A stretch of 64,000 nt of DNA, from positions 4,344 to 68,343 of the IMG/VR virus record IMGVR_UViG_3300005985_000002; one strand, given 5' to 3'. Positions within the stretch are counted from its first letter, which is position 1, and the number at the start of each line of letters is the position of its first letter. This document shows positions 9,184 to 18,789 of the stretch, in pieces. Below the pieces are notes generated by a model. That model did not search any database, had not been told where the DNA came from, and saw only the letters and a program-made list of their open reading frames with translations. Origin of the DNA: a virus (taxonomy: Duplodnaviria > Caudoviricetes). The position numbers and the translations under genes are program-made.

Positions 9184-10079
9184 GTTCGATACTGATCGAA
9201 GGCATGTACGGCCTCGGGGACAATATCTATCAGCGCCCCTTCATACGCTCGGCGCTCGCGATCTACAGCCGTGTCTTTCTGAAGACGGCCTGGCCGCAGC
9301 TTTATGCCGACATGCCGCTCTTGCACTTCGTGAACCCAGAGACGGGGCTGCGCACGCAAGCCAAGAACGTTGCGGCTTGGCCAGGCGTCTGGGAGCATCC
9401 CAGGCAAGCCCCGCGCATTCGCTTAAGTTACGGCGTAGTTGAATTGAAGACGATGGGGATCGTGGAGTCTCTTCGCAAGCGCGCGACATGGCATGGCGAG
9501 TATCCGCTTGTCTGGGATGCGCCAAAGTTCGACGTCGCCGTCCGGCAGGGGCCGCGCTACGCCATCGTGCGTCCGGTCACGGTTCGCCAGGAATGGAAAT
9601 CACAGGCCCGAGGCTGCGATCCAGCCTATGTTCAGCATGCGATCTACGCCCTGAAGGATCGCGGATATAGGGTCGTCAGCCTTGCTGATGTAGACGGAGC
9701 TGCCGAGAGGTTCGTCGGCGACCCGCCGCGCGGCGCCGACGTCGAATATCATCATGGCGAACTACGGGTCGATCAGATTATCGAGCTGGTTCGCAAGGCC
9801 GCGGTCTGCGTCGGCGGCGTGGGCTGGTTGGCGCCGATGTGCTTTGCGATTGGGACGCCCCTCTTTCTGATCTATGGCGGACGCGGCGCGCACAATGCGC
9901 CTGAAGTCATCACGCACGCGACAATGGGGCTTCGTCACGTCGAGCACGTATTGCCTGACAATTTCTGCCGTTGCGATCAGCCAGAGCACGATTGCGATAA
10001 GCGCATTTCGAACTTCGAGCGCAGGTTCGAGGAGTTCCTCACCAAGATCGAGATGAAACATGGACCTGCTTTGGGATGA
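9180..10079 (+). CDS. GT-B glycosyltransferase, GT9 (heptosyltransferase)-like
   Basis: GMYGLGDNIYQRPF start; VRKAAVCVGGVGWLAPMCFAIGTPLFLIYG; C-terminal CRC...HDC. Confidence 0.75.
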   Translation: MSSILIEGMYGLGDNIYQRPFIRSALAIYSRVFLKTAWPQLYADMPLLHFVNPETGLRTQAKNVAAWPGVWEHPRQAPRIRLSYGVVELKTMGIVESLRKRATWHGEYPLVWDAPKFDVAVRQGPRYAIVRPVTVRQEWKSQARGCDPAYVQHAIYALKDRGYRVVSLADVDGAAERFVGDPPRGADVEYHHGELRVDQIIELVRKAAVCVGGVGWLAPMCFAIGTPLFLIYGGRGAHNAPEVITHATMGLRHVEHVLPDNFCRCDQPEHDCDKRISNFERRFEEFLTKIEMKHGPALG

Positions 10080-10686
10080 TCGCTTCGGCTACGGGTTTTT
10101 TCCCGTCAAGCAACGCAACTGGCCTTACGACCAGGCTTACTTCGAGCGTTATCGCGCTATGCAGGAAAGCCCCATCGCTCGGGCATTGAACGAGTATCGC
10201 GTCCTGCTTAGCAACGCGTATGCCGAGGAAGACCTTTGCGATATTGGAATTGGCTCGGGCGTGTTTCTTGATACGCTTCGCCGCTCTAATCTTTGCCGCT
10301 GGGGCGCTCACGCCTACGGCTATGATATCAATGCAGCCGGCGTCGTATGGCTGCGCCAGAACAATTTCGGCTTCCACGATCCGTACCTCGCGCCATGCGA
10401 CACATTGACCTTCTGGGATAGCCTGGAGCATATCCCCCATCCCGACGAGATTCTCGCCAATTGCAAGACGGTCCTGGTGTCGATCCCGATCTTTTCCGGG
10501 CTTGAAGCCGTGTTGATGTCCAAGCATTATCGCCGCGACGAACACATGTGGTACTTCACCGACCAGGGCTTTGTGCGGTACATGTGGCGCTTGGGGTTTG
10601 AATGCATTCATACGTCAAACGTCGAAACCGTGCTCGGCCGCGAAGGCATTGGGACTTTCGTGTTCAAAAGGGCTGGGTTGCGCTGA
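10060..10686 (+). CDS. class I SAM-dependent methyltransferase (Methyltransf_23-like)
   Basis: LCDIGIGSGVFL, YGYDIN, TFWDSLEHIPHP. Confidence 0.8.
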   Translation: MDLLWDDRFGYGFFPVKQRNWPYDQAYFERYRAMQESPIARALNEYRVLLSNAYAEEDLCDIGIGSGVFLDTLRRSNLCRWGAHAYGYDINAAGVVWLRQNNFGFHDPYLAPCDTLTFWDSLEHIPHPDEILANCKTVLVSIPIFSGLEAVLMSKHYRRDEHMWYFTDQGFVRYMWRLGFECIHTSNVETVLGREGIGTFVFKRAGLR

Positions 10687-10858
10687 TCCCGTTCGGGCGA
10701 TCCGCGTCGGCGTGCGGTTATGTCTCGCGCGAAGGGAAGGCTGCCGCTGCTGAGCGCTGGGCCGGAAAGAAGAAATAGCAAAGCGCGGCCCGATCCGGCA
10801 TATTCGGATCGACGAGCCTATAGGCGGTCCTGAGAGGATCGGCGTTTGCGACTGATGG

Positions 10859-10900
10859 TACAAAACATCGGCATTTGCGGCTAAGTGCCGATGTTTTGTA
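10859..10900. terminator. strong hairpin, likely bidirectional terminator
   Basis: TACAAAACATCGGCA...TGCCGATGTTTTGTA, perfect 15-bp inverted repeat with A and T tracts. Confidence 0.7.
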
Positions 10901-10919
10901 TCACATCACGCGTTTCGTG

Positions 10920-11180
10920 ATCACGGTATTGGCCTACGGTATTGGACTTGCATCAACGTAAAAAAGCGCAAGAAAGCCTTACAAAACGCGCCTTTTCGAA
11001 TCCTAGCGCCCCAGCCAGAGGTCTTCCCCATACGTCTCACTCCAGCACAGCGAAGCGCGGAATTTCAAATAAAATTGCGCGGTTAACCACGCATTCGGTG
11101 CGGTGAGGGGGCTTACAAAATCCGGGTCGATCACGGTACTGGCTTCGGTATTGCAGCGGATTTTCCGCCAATACCGTGAT
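10920..11180. repeat. integrase arm-type sites flanking the attP core
   Basis: ATCACGGTATTGG 10920-32; TACGGTATTGG 10935-45; ATCACGGTACTGG 11130-42; TTCGGTATTGC 11144-54; exact inverted copy CCAATACCGTGAT 11168-80. Confidence 0.75.
10995..11017 (+). other. attP core = 3' 23 nt of a tRNA (tRNA-Gln-like)
   Basis: TTCGAAT-CCTAG-CGCCCCA-G-CCA = T-loop, T-stem 3' strand, acceptor 3' strand, G73, CCA; no 5' tRNA half present. Confidence 0.85.
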
Positions 11181-11191
11181 GGGGTGTTTTC

Positions 11192-12403
11192 ATGGCCTAT
11201 GCTGATACAGCGCTCGCGACCAAAGCAACGAAGCAGTCCTTCGGCGACGGCCTCTACCTCTACACATCGACAACCGGCGCTCAGTCCTGGCGCTGGGACT
11301 ACGTCTTCGGGGACAAGCGCAAAACGATCACGCACGGCGCGCACCCGGAGATGAAGCTGAAAGAGGCCAAGATCGCGCACTTCGAGGCCAAGGGCATCCT
11401 CGCCAAGGGTCAGGACCCGATGATGGTGCGGGCTATCGAACGCAAGATGGAGGAAACCGAAGCGTCCGGCGAGACGTTCAAGGACTATGCGGATCGCTAC
11501 ATGGCAAGCCGCAAGATAGCCTGGGACGCCAAATACTACGCGCTCCAGCAGGCCCGGCTCACGGCCGACATCATCCCGCAAATCGGTAAACTTCCCATTA
11601 ACAGCATCGAGCCTCAGATCATGCTTTACACTCTGCGTCAGATCGAGAAGCGCGGCGCCATCGAGACGGCCGACCGAATGCGCGTTCTATGCAGTCAGAT
11701 TTTCGCCTATGCGATTGCAGAAGGGGCGTTGAACCAGGACCCGACCGCCTCGCTGAAGCCGGCTCTGGCGGCGAAGCCCAAGAAGAAGAACCGCCCTCGC
11801 GTGCAACCTCACGAAGTCGCCGAACTTTTCTACAAAATCGATCAGTACGATGCAGACCCGCTGACGCGGCTTGGTCTGCTCCTCGCGCTTCACACTCTGG
11901 TAAGGACTGTCGAGCTGCGCTTCTGCCGGATCGTCGATCTGGAGCTTGATGGGAAAGCGCCGACCTGGCGCATTCCTAAAGAGATCATGAAGATGGATCG
12001 TGAACACGTTGTCCCACTCTCCGCGCAAGCCGTTAAGCTGTTCCGCGAGGCGATCTCGGCTGCACCGATTAAGAATGGTTACGTGTTTGCCTCCATGACC
12101 AACACTAAGGTGATTTCGGAAAACACGATGCTCTATGCGCTGTATCGCATAGGCTACCACAAGCGTCAGACGGTTCACGGCTTCCGCGCACTCGGCTCGA
12201 CTGTCCTTAATGAGTCAGGCCGGTTCGACGGTGATTGGATCGAGAGGCAGCTTGCGCACGATGAGGACGACAAGGTGCGTGCTGCATATAACGCCGCTCA
12301 GTACATCGAACACCGGCGGCCGATGATGCAGTGGTGGTCCGACTACATCGACGCCAAGATCGATGAGGGTGAAGGCGCTAGGCTCCGGCATCTGTTGGAC
12401 TGA
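11192..12403 (+). CDS. int: tyrosine integrase, P4-like, with N-terminal arm-binding domain
   Basis: GDGLYL...SWRWDY arm domain; LVRTVELR, HGFR, QLAH, AAYN catalytic motifs. Confidence 0.95.
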   Translation: MAYADTALATKATKQSFGDGLYLYTSTTGAQSWRWDYVFGDKRKTITHGAHPEMKLKEAKIAHFEAKGILAKGQDPMMVRAIERKMEETEASGETFKDYADRYMASRKIAWDAKYYALQQARLTADIIPQIGKLPINSIEPQIMLYTLRQIEKRGAIETADRMRVLCSQIFAYAIAEGALNQDPTASLKPALAAKPKKKNRPRVQPHEVAELFYKIDQYDADPLTRLGLLLALHTLVRTVELRFCRIVDLELDGKAPTWRIPKEIMKMDREHVVPLSAQAVKLFREAISAAPIKNGYVFASMTNTKVISENTMLYALYRIGYHKRQTVHGFRALGSTVLNESGRFDGDWIERQLAHDEDDKVRAAYNAAQYIEHRRPMMQWWSDYIDAKIDEGEGARLRHLLD

Positions 12404-12519
12404 GTCTTGCTCCAGACGGATTATGAGTCGACGCGCGGGTTACTCCGCGCGCCGTGCTTTTTGGTTGATTGTCAGCTTATGCGTGACAAATTGGGACGCA
12501 TCAGGACGCATGAGGCTTC

Positions 12520-12726
12520 ATGACTGAACAGACGGAGAGGCGTGAGGACTTCATTCGCTTGCCTGAAGTCATGCGCCGCTCGGGACTGTCGCGCTCCGAA
12601 ATCTATCGTCGGATGGCGGCCAACACGTTCCCGAAATCGCATCGACTCGGACACCGAACGGCGTGCTGGACGGTCGGCGAGATCGACGACTGGAAAGCTG
12701 ACGTGAGACTGAAGGACTTGCTTTGA
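12520..12726 (+). CDS. alpA: AlpA-family excisionase/regulator
   Basis: FIRLPEVMRRSGLSRSEIYRRMAANTFPK...CWTVGEIDDW. Confidence 0.9.
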   Translation: MTEQTERREDFIRLPEVMRRSGLSRSEIYRRMAANTFPKSHRLGHRTACWTVGEIDDWKADVRLKDLL

Positions 12727-13349
12727 TGGCGCGTAGTGCGGAAGACATTCTTGGCGCCGATCCGGACGAGACGCAGCATTTCGACCCGGACAACTGGGCC
12801 GATCCTCGCGAGGGCGTGACGTTGACCTGGCTCAGCGAAGCCTTCCACATGGACAAGAAGAAGGCTCGGGCCAAGCTCGCCAACTGCCGCGTCCTGGGCA
12901 AGCGCAAATTCCCTGGAGGCACGTTCGACGTCTACGACCTGCGCGAGGCCGCAGCCCATCTTGTTCCGAGCGTCGGCGCGATCTCGCACGCCATTCGGTC
13001 GATGACAAAGAGTGATCTGCCCGTCCAGCTTCAAGAGGCGTATTGGGACGCCAAGCTGAAAGAGGACAAATGGCGGAAAGAAGCAGGCCAGCTTTATCGC
13101 GCCGAGGATGTCGCCGAGTTTCTCGGCACCGTCTTCCTCATCATCAAGAACCGCTTGATGCTGGTGCCCGACACGCTTGAGGAAACCAGCACTCTGTCGA
13201 ACGATCAGCGGCGGCGCGTGATCGAGATCATGGACGCGGTGCAGCGCGACATCCACAAGGAGATGGTCGAGCTGCAACACCGTCAGAAGACCAAGCCGGT
13301 TTCTGACAGTGAGCCGGCGGGCGGGGACGCCTCTCACGATGCGGAATGA
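12726..13349 (+). CDS. terminase small subunit (DUF1441-like)
   Basis: Directly upstream of the GpA-type terminase; LQEAYWDAKLKEDKWRKEAGQLYRAEDV. Confidence 0.8.
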   Translation: MARSAEDILGADPDETQHFDPDNWADPREGVTLTWLSEAFHMDKKKARAKLANCRVLGKRKFPGGTFDVYDLREAAAHLVPSVGAISHAIRSMTKSDLPVQLQEAYWDAKLKEDKWRKEAGQLYRAEDVAEFLGTVFLIIKNRLMLVPDTLEETSTLSNDQRRRVIEIMDAVQRDIHKEMVELQHRQKTKPVSDSEPAGGDASHDAE

Positions 13350-15441
13350 GGCGCGCACGCTGGAGGAGCTGCTGGCTGAGCAGGCCGAAGCGGTGCGCCC
13401 GGCCGAGCGGCTTAATGTCGCCGAGTTCGCGGAGAAATACCGCGTGCTCGACAACCCAGGCTCCTATGTCGGGCCGTTCCGCTATGAAAAGACGCCCTAC
13501 ATGCGCGAGCCGGCCGAAGAGCTGACCTCGCTTGACTTCAAGGCGCTGGCTTTCGTCGGCCCGGCGCGCACCGGCAAATCAGACCAGCTTCTCAACTGGA
13601 TCGGCCAGACCGCCAAGCTCGATCCGGTTCAGGAGATGATGGTCGTCCACATGACGCAGTCGAGCGCGCGCGATTGGAGCCAGGGCGATCTGCGCAAGAT
13701 GTTTCGCGACTCGCCCGAGATCGGCGCACTGGTGGCGAAAGGCCGGCAGAACCAGAACACGCATGACGTCAAGTTCAAGTCGGGCATGCGGCTGCTCATC
13801 AAATGGCCGACGATTACCGAGCTATCGGGCAAGACGACGCGCTATGTATGGCTGGTCGACTATGACCGCTTTCCGCCGGACATCGACAAGGAAGGGCCGG
13901 CCTTCAACTTGGCGCGCAAGCGCACAGGCACGTTCAAGCGCCACGGGATGACGGTCGTTGAAAGCTCGCCAGGCTATCTGGTCAGGGAGCCGAAATGGCG
14001 GCCGTCAACGCCGCACGAAGCCCCGCCGGTCGGCGATGAGAAGGGCGGCGGCATTCTTACCATCTACAACCAGGGCGACCGCCGCCGCTGGTATTGGCGC
14101 TGTCCGCAATGCCGCGAGGCGTTCGAGCCGTCCTTCAAGCTCATGAGCTGGCCGGACTCGCTCGACAAGATCGAGGCTGCTGAGCAGGCGGTCCTGGTAT
14201 GCCCGCATGATGGCTTTCCGATCACCAACGACCTCAAATACGAACTCAATCTTGGAGGCAAGTGGATCAAGGAGGGCCAGGCCTGGATGCCGGACGGCTC
14301 GGTCAAGGGCAGGGCGCTGCGCAGCGAGATCGCTTCGTTCTGGATGAAAGGCCCGGCCGCGGGCTTTACCGACTTCAAAGACCTTGTGATCCGGCACCTC
14401 AACGCGATGGAGACCTGGAAGCAGACCGGCGCCGAGGAGGAGTTGAAGGCGACTGTCACGCTGGATCAGGGCGAACCCTATCTGCCGAGGGCGCTGCAAT
14501 CCGACCGGCTGCCCGAGCAGCTCAAGGAGCGCGCCCTCGATTGGGGGTCGAGCGAATTGGAGCCGACCGTTCCAGAAGGCGTGCGCTTTCTCACGACGAC
14601 GGTCGACGTGCAGGCCGGCGCGAAGCCATCCTTCGTCGTGCAGGTGCACGGCCATGGCGTCGGCAACGACATATGGTTCATCGATATGTTCAAGATCAGG
14701 AAGTCGGAGCGCCTGGACAAGGATGGCGAGCGCGAGCTGATCGATCCGGCTGCCTATCCGGAGGATTGGGATCAGCTCATCCCGCTTGTTATCGAGCGCA
14801 CTTATCCCCTGGCCGATGGCTCCGGCCGGCGCATGAAGGTGAAGGCCATCGGATGCGACAGCGGCGGCAAGGCCGGCGTCACGGCGAACGCCTACGCGTT
14901 CTGGCGCCGGCTTCGCGACGACAAGCTCGGGCGCGGGCATCAGCGCCGCTTCCAGCTCGTCAAAGGCGAGGCTTCCAAGATGGCGCCGCGCATCCGCGAA
15001 GTTTGGCCCGATTCAGGACAGAAGGGCCTTAACGCCATCGCGCGCGGCGACGTGCCGGTCCTTCTCATCAACTCCGATATGGTGAAGGATATGGTGGCGC
15101 ACATGCTGGCGCGCAGCGAACCCGGCGGCATGGTGCGGTTTCCGCATTGGACGCCGGATTTCATTTACAAGCAGCTCACGACCGAAATCCGCACCGCAAA
15201 AGGCTGGGAGAACCCGCCCGACCGGCGCAACGAAGCGTGGGACTTGCTCTATTATTCGCTTGGGGTGTGCCTGCATAAGACAATCCGGATCGAGCACATC
15301 AAGTGGGACGCTCCTCCGATCTGGGCCGCCGAATGGGACGACAACGACATGGTCTTTGCCCCGGTCGAGGGCGCAGCGCCTGAGTGGAAGAAGCGCCGGA
15401 AAAGTCTGGACTTCAAAGCCCTCGGCGAAAAGCTTGCCTAA
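13339..15441 (+). CDS. terminase large subunit, lambda GpA family
   Basis: GPARTGKS Walker A, ESSP, CPQC...CPH Zn knuckle, TTVDVQ nuclease, DSGG, NEAWDL. Confidence 0.95.
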   Translation: MRNEARTLEELLAEQAEAVRPAERLNVAEFAEKYRVLDNPGSYVGPFRYEKTPYMREPAEELTSLDFKALAFVGPARTGKSDQLLNWIGQTAKLDPVQEMMVVHMTQSSARDWSQGDLRKMFRDSPEIGALVAKGRQNQNTHDVKFKSGMRLLIKWPTITELSGKTTRYVWLVDYDRFPPDIDKEGPAFNLARKRTGTFKRHGMTVVESSPGYLVREPKWRPSTPHEAPPVGDEKGGGILTIYNQGDRRRWYWRCPQCREAFEPSFKLMSWPDSLDKIEAAEQAVLVCPHDGFPITNDLKYELNLGGKWIKEGQAWMPDGSVKGRALRSEIASFWMKGPAAGFTDFKDLVIRHLNAMETWKQTGAEEELKATVTLDQGEPYLPRALQSDRLPEQLKERALDWGSSELEPTVPEGVRFLTTTVDVQAGAKPSFVVQVHGHGVGNDIWFIDMFKIRKSERLDKDGERELIDPAAYPEDWDQLIPLVIERTYPLADGSGRRMKVKAIGCDSGGKAGVTANAYAFWRRLRDDKLGRGHQRRFQLVKGEASKMAPRIREVWPDSGQKGLNAIARGDVPVLLINSDMVKDMVAHMLARSEPGGMVRFPHWTPDFIYKQLTTEIRTAKGWENPPDRRNEAWDLLYYSLGVCLHKTIRIEHIKWDAPPIWAAEWDDNDMVFAPVEGAAPEWKKRRKSLDFKALGEKLA

Positions 15442-15533
15442 CCCCTTGTCAGCTTATGCGCACGATTTGTCAGCTTAATGTTGACGATCCCTCAACCTGC
15501 CCGCAGTTTGGGGCGGTAGATCGGGATTCCATC

Positions 15534-15743
15534 ATGACAGTGGCCGAAAAACTCGCGGATGCGCAGGCGAAATATCACGCTCTGCTGACCGGCGTTTCCG
15601 CGCGCGAAATTGTCGATCAGAACGGGGAAAAAGTGGTTTACACCGCTGCAAACCGCGATGCGCTCAAGGCGTATATCGAGGAGCTGACGCTTCAGAACTC
15701 GAATGTCACTCGCGCCAAAGGCCCGCTCAGGGTGTGGCTCTAA
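15534..15743 (+). CDS. gpW-like head-tail joining protein
   Basis: 69 aa between terL and portal; LLTG...VDQNGEKVVYTAAN..ALKAYI. Confidence 0.85.
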   Translation: MTVAEKLADAQAKYHALLTGVSAREIVDQNGEKVVYTAANRDALKAYIEELTLQNSNVTRAKGPLRVWL

Positions 15744-17470
15744 TGGGTCGCGCGCGTCGTTCTGTCGAAGAGCTGCTTGGCGCGCCCGTAGGCGGCGCTG
15801 GCCTCGCGGAACCGCCCGTGCGCCCGGCGAGCGCGCCGACCCCCTCCGGTGCGGGGCGCACGGGCGGCGCGCTGGCGATGACGGGCGCACACGACGCCGC
15901 GAACCGCTTTGACCGCACCACAGCGCTGTGGCGCCCGCCGCTGCTCTCGGCTGACGCAGCAATCCTGCCTGAAAAGTCCGTGATCGACGCGCGCAGCGCG
16001 GACATCGTGCGCAACGACGCGTTCGTTCAAGGCGCGGTCGCGCTGCATCGGGACAACATCGTCGGCGACCAGTACATGCTGAACTCCAAGCCGGAGTTCA
16101 AAATCCTCGGTCTCGACGAGACCTGGGCGTCGGAATTTCAAGAGGAAGTCGAAACCTGGTGGAGTCTTTGCGCCGAGAGCCCCGACTGCTGGCTTGACGC
16201 GGCTCGGACGCTCACCTTCACCGGCATGGTGCGGCTTGCTATCGGCGCCTTCTTGACCTCGGGCGAAGTTCTGGCGACGTCCGAATGGCTTCGCTATGCG
16301 ACTGGTCCGGTAAAGACCGCGATCAACATGATTGATCCGGATCGCCTGTCCAATCCCGGCGACCAGGCCAACATCGACGACATTCGCGCAGGCGTGAAGC
16401 TGGATCGCTTCGGAGCTGCGCTGGGCTATTACATCCGCAACTCACACCCCAGCGATTTCACGCTGCGCCGGATCAACGACAATTTCACATGGAAGTTCGT
16501 TCCGGCGCGCAAGCCTTGGGGCCGGCCGCAGGTCATCCATATCTACGAGCCGATGAAGCCCGGCCAGACCCGCGGCATCTCCGAACTCGTGACCGCGCTC
16601 AAGGAGATCAAGGTCGCCAAGCGCTTCCGCGATATCGTTCTTCAGAATGCGGTGCTCAATGCTACGTTTGCCGCCGCCATCGAGAGCAATCTGCCGCCTG
16701 AGAAAGTCTTCGAGGCGCTGGGCTCAAACTCGGACGGCAATCAGGCGATCCTGGATTACGCAACCGAATGGCTCGGGGCCATCGGCGAGTACACGGACTC
16801 GGCTCGCCAGATGCAGCTCGACGGGGTCAAAATCCCGCACCTGTTTCCTGGCACCAAGCTCACTCTGCTGCCGGCGGGAACCGGCGAGCCGCTCGGGAAC
16901 AATTTCGAGGCCTCGCTCAACCGCTACCAGGCGGCGGCGGTGGGCGTTTCCTACGAACAATATTCGAAGGACTACGCCGAGACCAACTACTCCTCGGCCC
17001 GTGCGGGCGAGAACAACACCTGGAAGTTCATGCGCGCGCGCAAGCGCATGGTGGCGGATCGCTTCGCCACGCTGGTGTTTCGCAACTGGCTCGAAGAGAT
17101 GATCGGCCAGGGCGCTTTCAAGACGCTGCCGAACGGGGCCGAGCTGATCTATACCGGAGACCGCCTCAATATGAAATTCGACGCGCTCGCAGCGTGCGAG
17201 TGGATCGGGGCCTCGCGCGGCCAGATCGACGAGGACAAGGAGACGAAGGCCGCCGAGTCGCGCCTCAAGATCGGCATCTCCACTCAGGAAGAAGAGTGCG
17301 CCCGGCTGGGCAAGGATTGGCGCAAAGTCAATGCGCAGCTCCAGCGTGAGGCCGAGGACCGTGCAAAGCGCGGCCTCAAGAACGCCCAGGAACAGGAAAC
17401 CGCAATGGCTGAAGCCGCCGCGGCGGACGACGTCGACCGCGCCGAAGAGGAGACCGAGGATGCTGAGTGA
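15743..17470 (+). CDS. portal protein, lambda family
   Basis: RNDAFVQGAV, GQTRGIS, DYAETNYSSARA, IDEDKE motifs. Confidence 0.93.
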   Translation: MGRARRSVEELLGAPVGGAGLAEPPVRPASAPTPSGAGRTGGALAMTGAHDAANRFDRTTALWRPPLLSADAAILPEKSVIDARSADIVRNDAFVQGAVALHRDNIVGDQYMLNSKPEFKILGLDETWASEFQEEVETWWSLCAESPDCWLDAARTLTFTGMVRLAIGAFLTSGEVLATSEWLRYATGPVKTAINMIDPDRLSNPGDQANIDDIRAGVKLDRFGAALGYYIRNSHPSDFTLRRINDNFTWKFVPARKPWGRPQVIHIYEPMKPGQTRGISELVTALKEIKVAKRFRDIVLQNAVLNATFAAAIESNLPPEKVFEALGSNSDGNQAILDYATEWLGAIGEYTDSARQMQLDGVKIPHLFPGTKLTLLPAGTGEPLGNNFEASLNRYQAAAVGVSYEQYSKDYAETNYSSARAGENNTWKFMRARKRMVADRFATLVFRNWLEEMIGQGAFKTLPNGAELIYTGDRLNMKFDALAACEWIGASRGQIDEDKETKAAESRLKIGISTQEEECARLGKDWRKVNAQLQREAEDRAKRGLKNAQEQETAMAEAAAADDVDRAEEETEDAE

Positions 17471-18731
17471 TGTCCTTCCTGCGCGCTTCAGCGGCCAACA
17501 TGCGCTGATCGCCCCGCACCGCTCTGAATCCGTCGCTGCTTGCCTGCGTGGCCTGGCGACGCACCACCTGATGGACAAGATGCTGGACGCCCAGATGGCG
17601 GCGGCGACGGATGATTTTTGGCCGACTGATCCGAAGAGCTGGATGAACCAGGTCAGGCCGTACAACGTCGTGAACGGCGTCCTGCAAATTCCCGTGCGCG
17701 GCGTGCTGCTGCACGACTTCCCCTATCAGGCCTGGGAATGGGCGACGGGCTACAAGTACATCGAGCGCGCGTTCCAGCGCGGCATGGACGATCCCAATGT
17801 TCGCGGCATCGCCTTTATCGCCGATTCGCCGGGCGGGGAAGTCGCGGGCTGCTTTGATGCCTGCGACCGCATCATGGTCAAGAAAAGTTCGGCTGCGACC
17901 AAGAAGCCGGTGCGGGCCTTCGCCGCGGAGAGCGCCTATAGCGCCGCCTTCGCAGTCATCTGCTGCGCGGACGAAATCGTCGTCTCGCGCACCGGCGGGG
18001 TCGGATCGGTCGGCGTCGTCACCAGCCATGCCGACTGGTCAGGCTGGATGGAGAATTACGGCATCAAGATCACCTTCATTTTCGCCGGCAAGCACAAGGT
18101 CGACGGCAATGCCTATCAGCCGCTGCCGGATGACGTGAAGGAGCGCATCCAGGCGCACATCGACGAACTCTACGGAATTTTCGTCACTCACGTGGCGAAA
18201 ACTCGGGAGATGAGCGACGCCGCCGTCCGTAAGACGGAAGCGGAATGTTTCTCGGCTTCCGAAGCTGTGTCGGTCGGTTTTGCCGATTCCATCGGCGCGC
18301 TCGACGAAGAACTGGCCGCCTTTTCGGCCTCCCTCCAACAGGACGCAGGAGCACTCCAAATGTCCAACACTGCCCAGACGGCGGCCGAACAAGCTGCCGC
18401 CAACGAAGCCGCCCTCCTCGCCGCTCGCGCAGAAGCGCGCACGGCCGAGCGCGCACGCGTCGCCGCGATCATGGATCACGCCGAGGCGAAGACCCGTCCC
18501 GCCGCCGCTCGCCACGTCGCTCTCAAGAGCGACATGAGCGTCGAAGCCGCCGCCGATTTCCTGAAAGCCCTCCCCGAGGAGAAACAGGAGAAGGCCGCCG
18601 GCTTCGATCTCAACAAGCGGATGGACGGCGACAAGCAACCGGACATCAACGCTTCCACGAGCGAAGACGCCCGGACCAAGGATGAGAAAGACGCTGACCG
18701 CATTCGTCGCGCGGCCGGCTGGATTCAGTAG
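17460..18731 (+). CDS. S49 head maturation protease with C-terminal scaffold
   Basis: DSPGGEV, YSAAF, GSVGV; Ala/charged C-terminal region. Confidence 0.9.
   Translation: MLSDVLPARFSGQHALIAPHRSESVAACLRGLATHHLMDKMLDAQMAAATDDFWPTDPKSWMNQVRPYNVVNGVLQIPVRGVLLHDFPYQAWEWATGYKYIERAFQRGMDDPNVRGIAFIADSPGGEVAGCFDACDRIMVKKSSAATKKPVRAFAAESAYSAAFAVICCADEIVVSRTGGVGSVGVVTSHADWSGWMENYGIKITFIFAGKHKVDGNAYQPLPDDVKERIQAHIDELYGIFVTHVAKTREMSDAAVRKTEAECFSASEAVSVGFADSIGALDEELAAFSASLQQDAGALQMSNTAQTAAEQAAANEAALLAARAEARTAERARVAAIMDHAEAKTRPAAARHVALKSDMSVEAAADFLKALPEEKQEKAAGFDLNKRMDGDKQPDINASTSEDARTKDEKDADRIRRAAGWIQ
18360..18731 (+). CDS. nested in-frame scaffolding protein (lambda Nu3-like)
   Basis: Internal AGGAG RBS before in-frame ATG 18360 (MSNTAQTAAEQ...). 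Confidence 0.65.
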   Translation: MSNTAQTAAEQAAANEAALLAARAEARTAERARVAAIMDHAEAKTRPAAARHVALKSDMSVEAAADFLKALPEEKQEKAAGFDLNKRMDGDKQPDINASTSEDARTKDEKDADRIRRAAGWIQ

Positions 18732-18789
18732 TCCCCATCGCCCGGCGTTAGCGCCGTAACTGCAACTCGAACCCGACAAGGAGTTCACT

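Noticed and set aside
10995-11017. A complete tRNA gene
   Set aside because: Only the T-loop to CCA is present; the upstream sequence cannot form the T-stem, anticodon arm or D arm.
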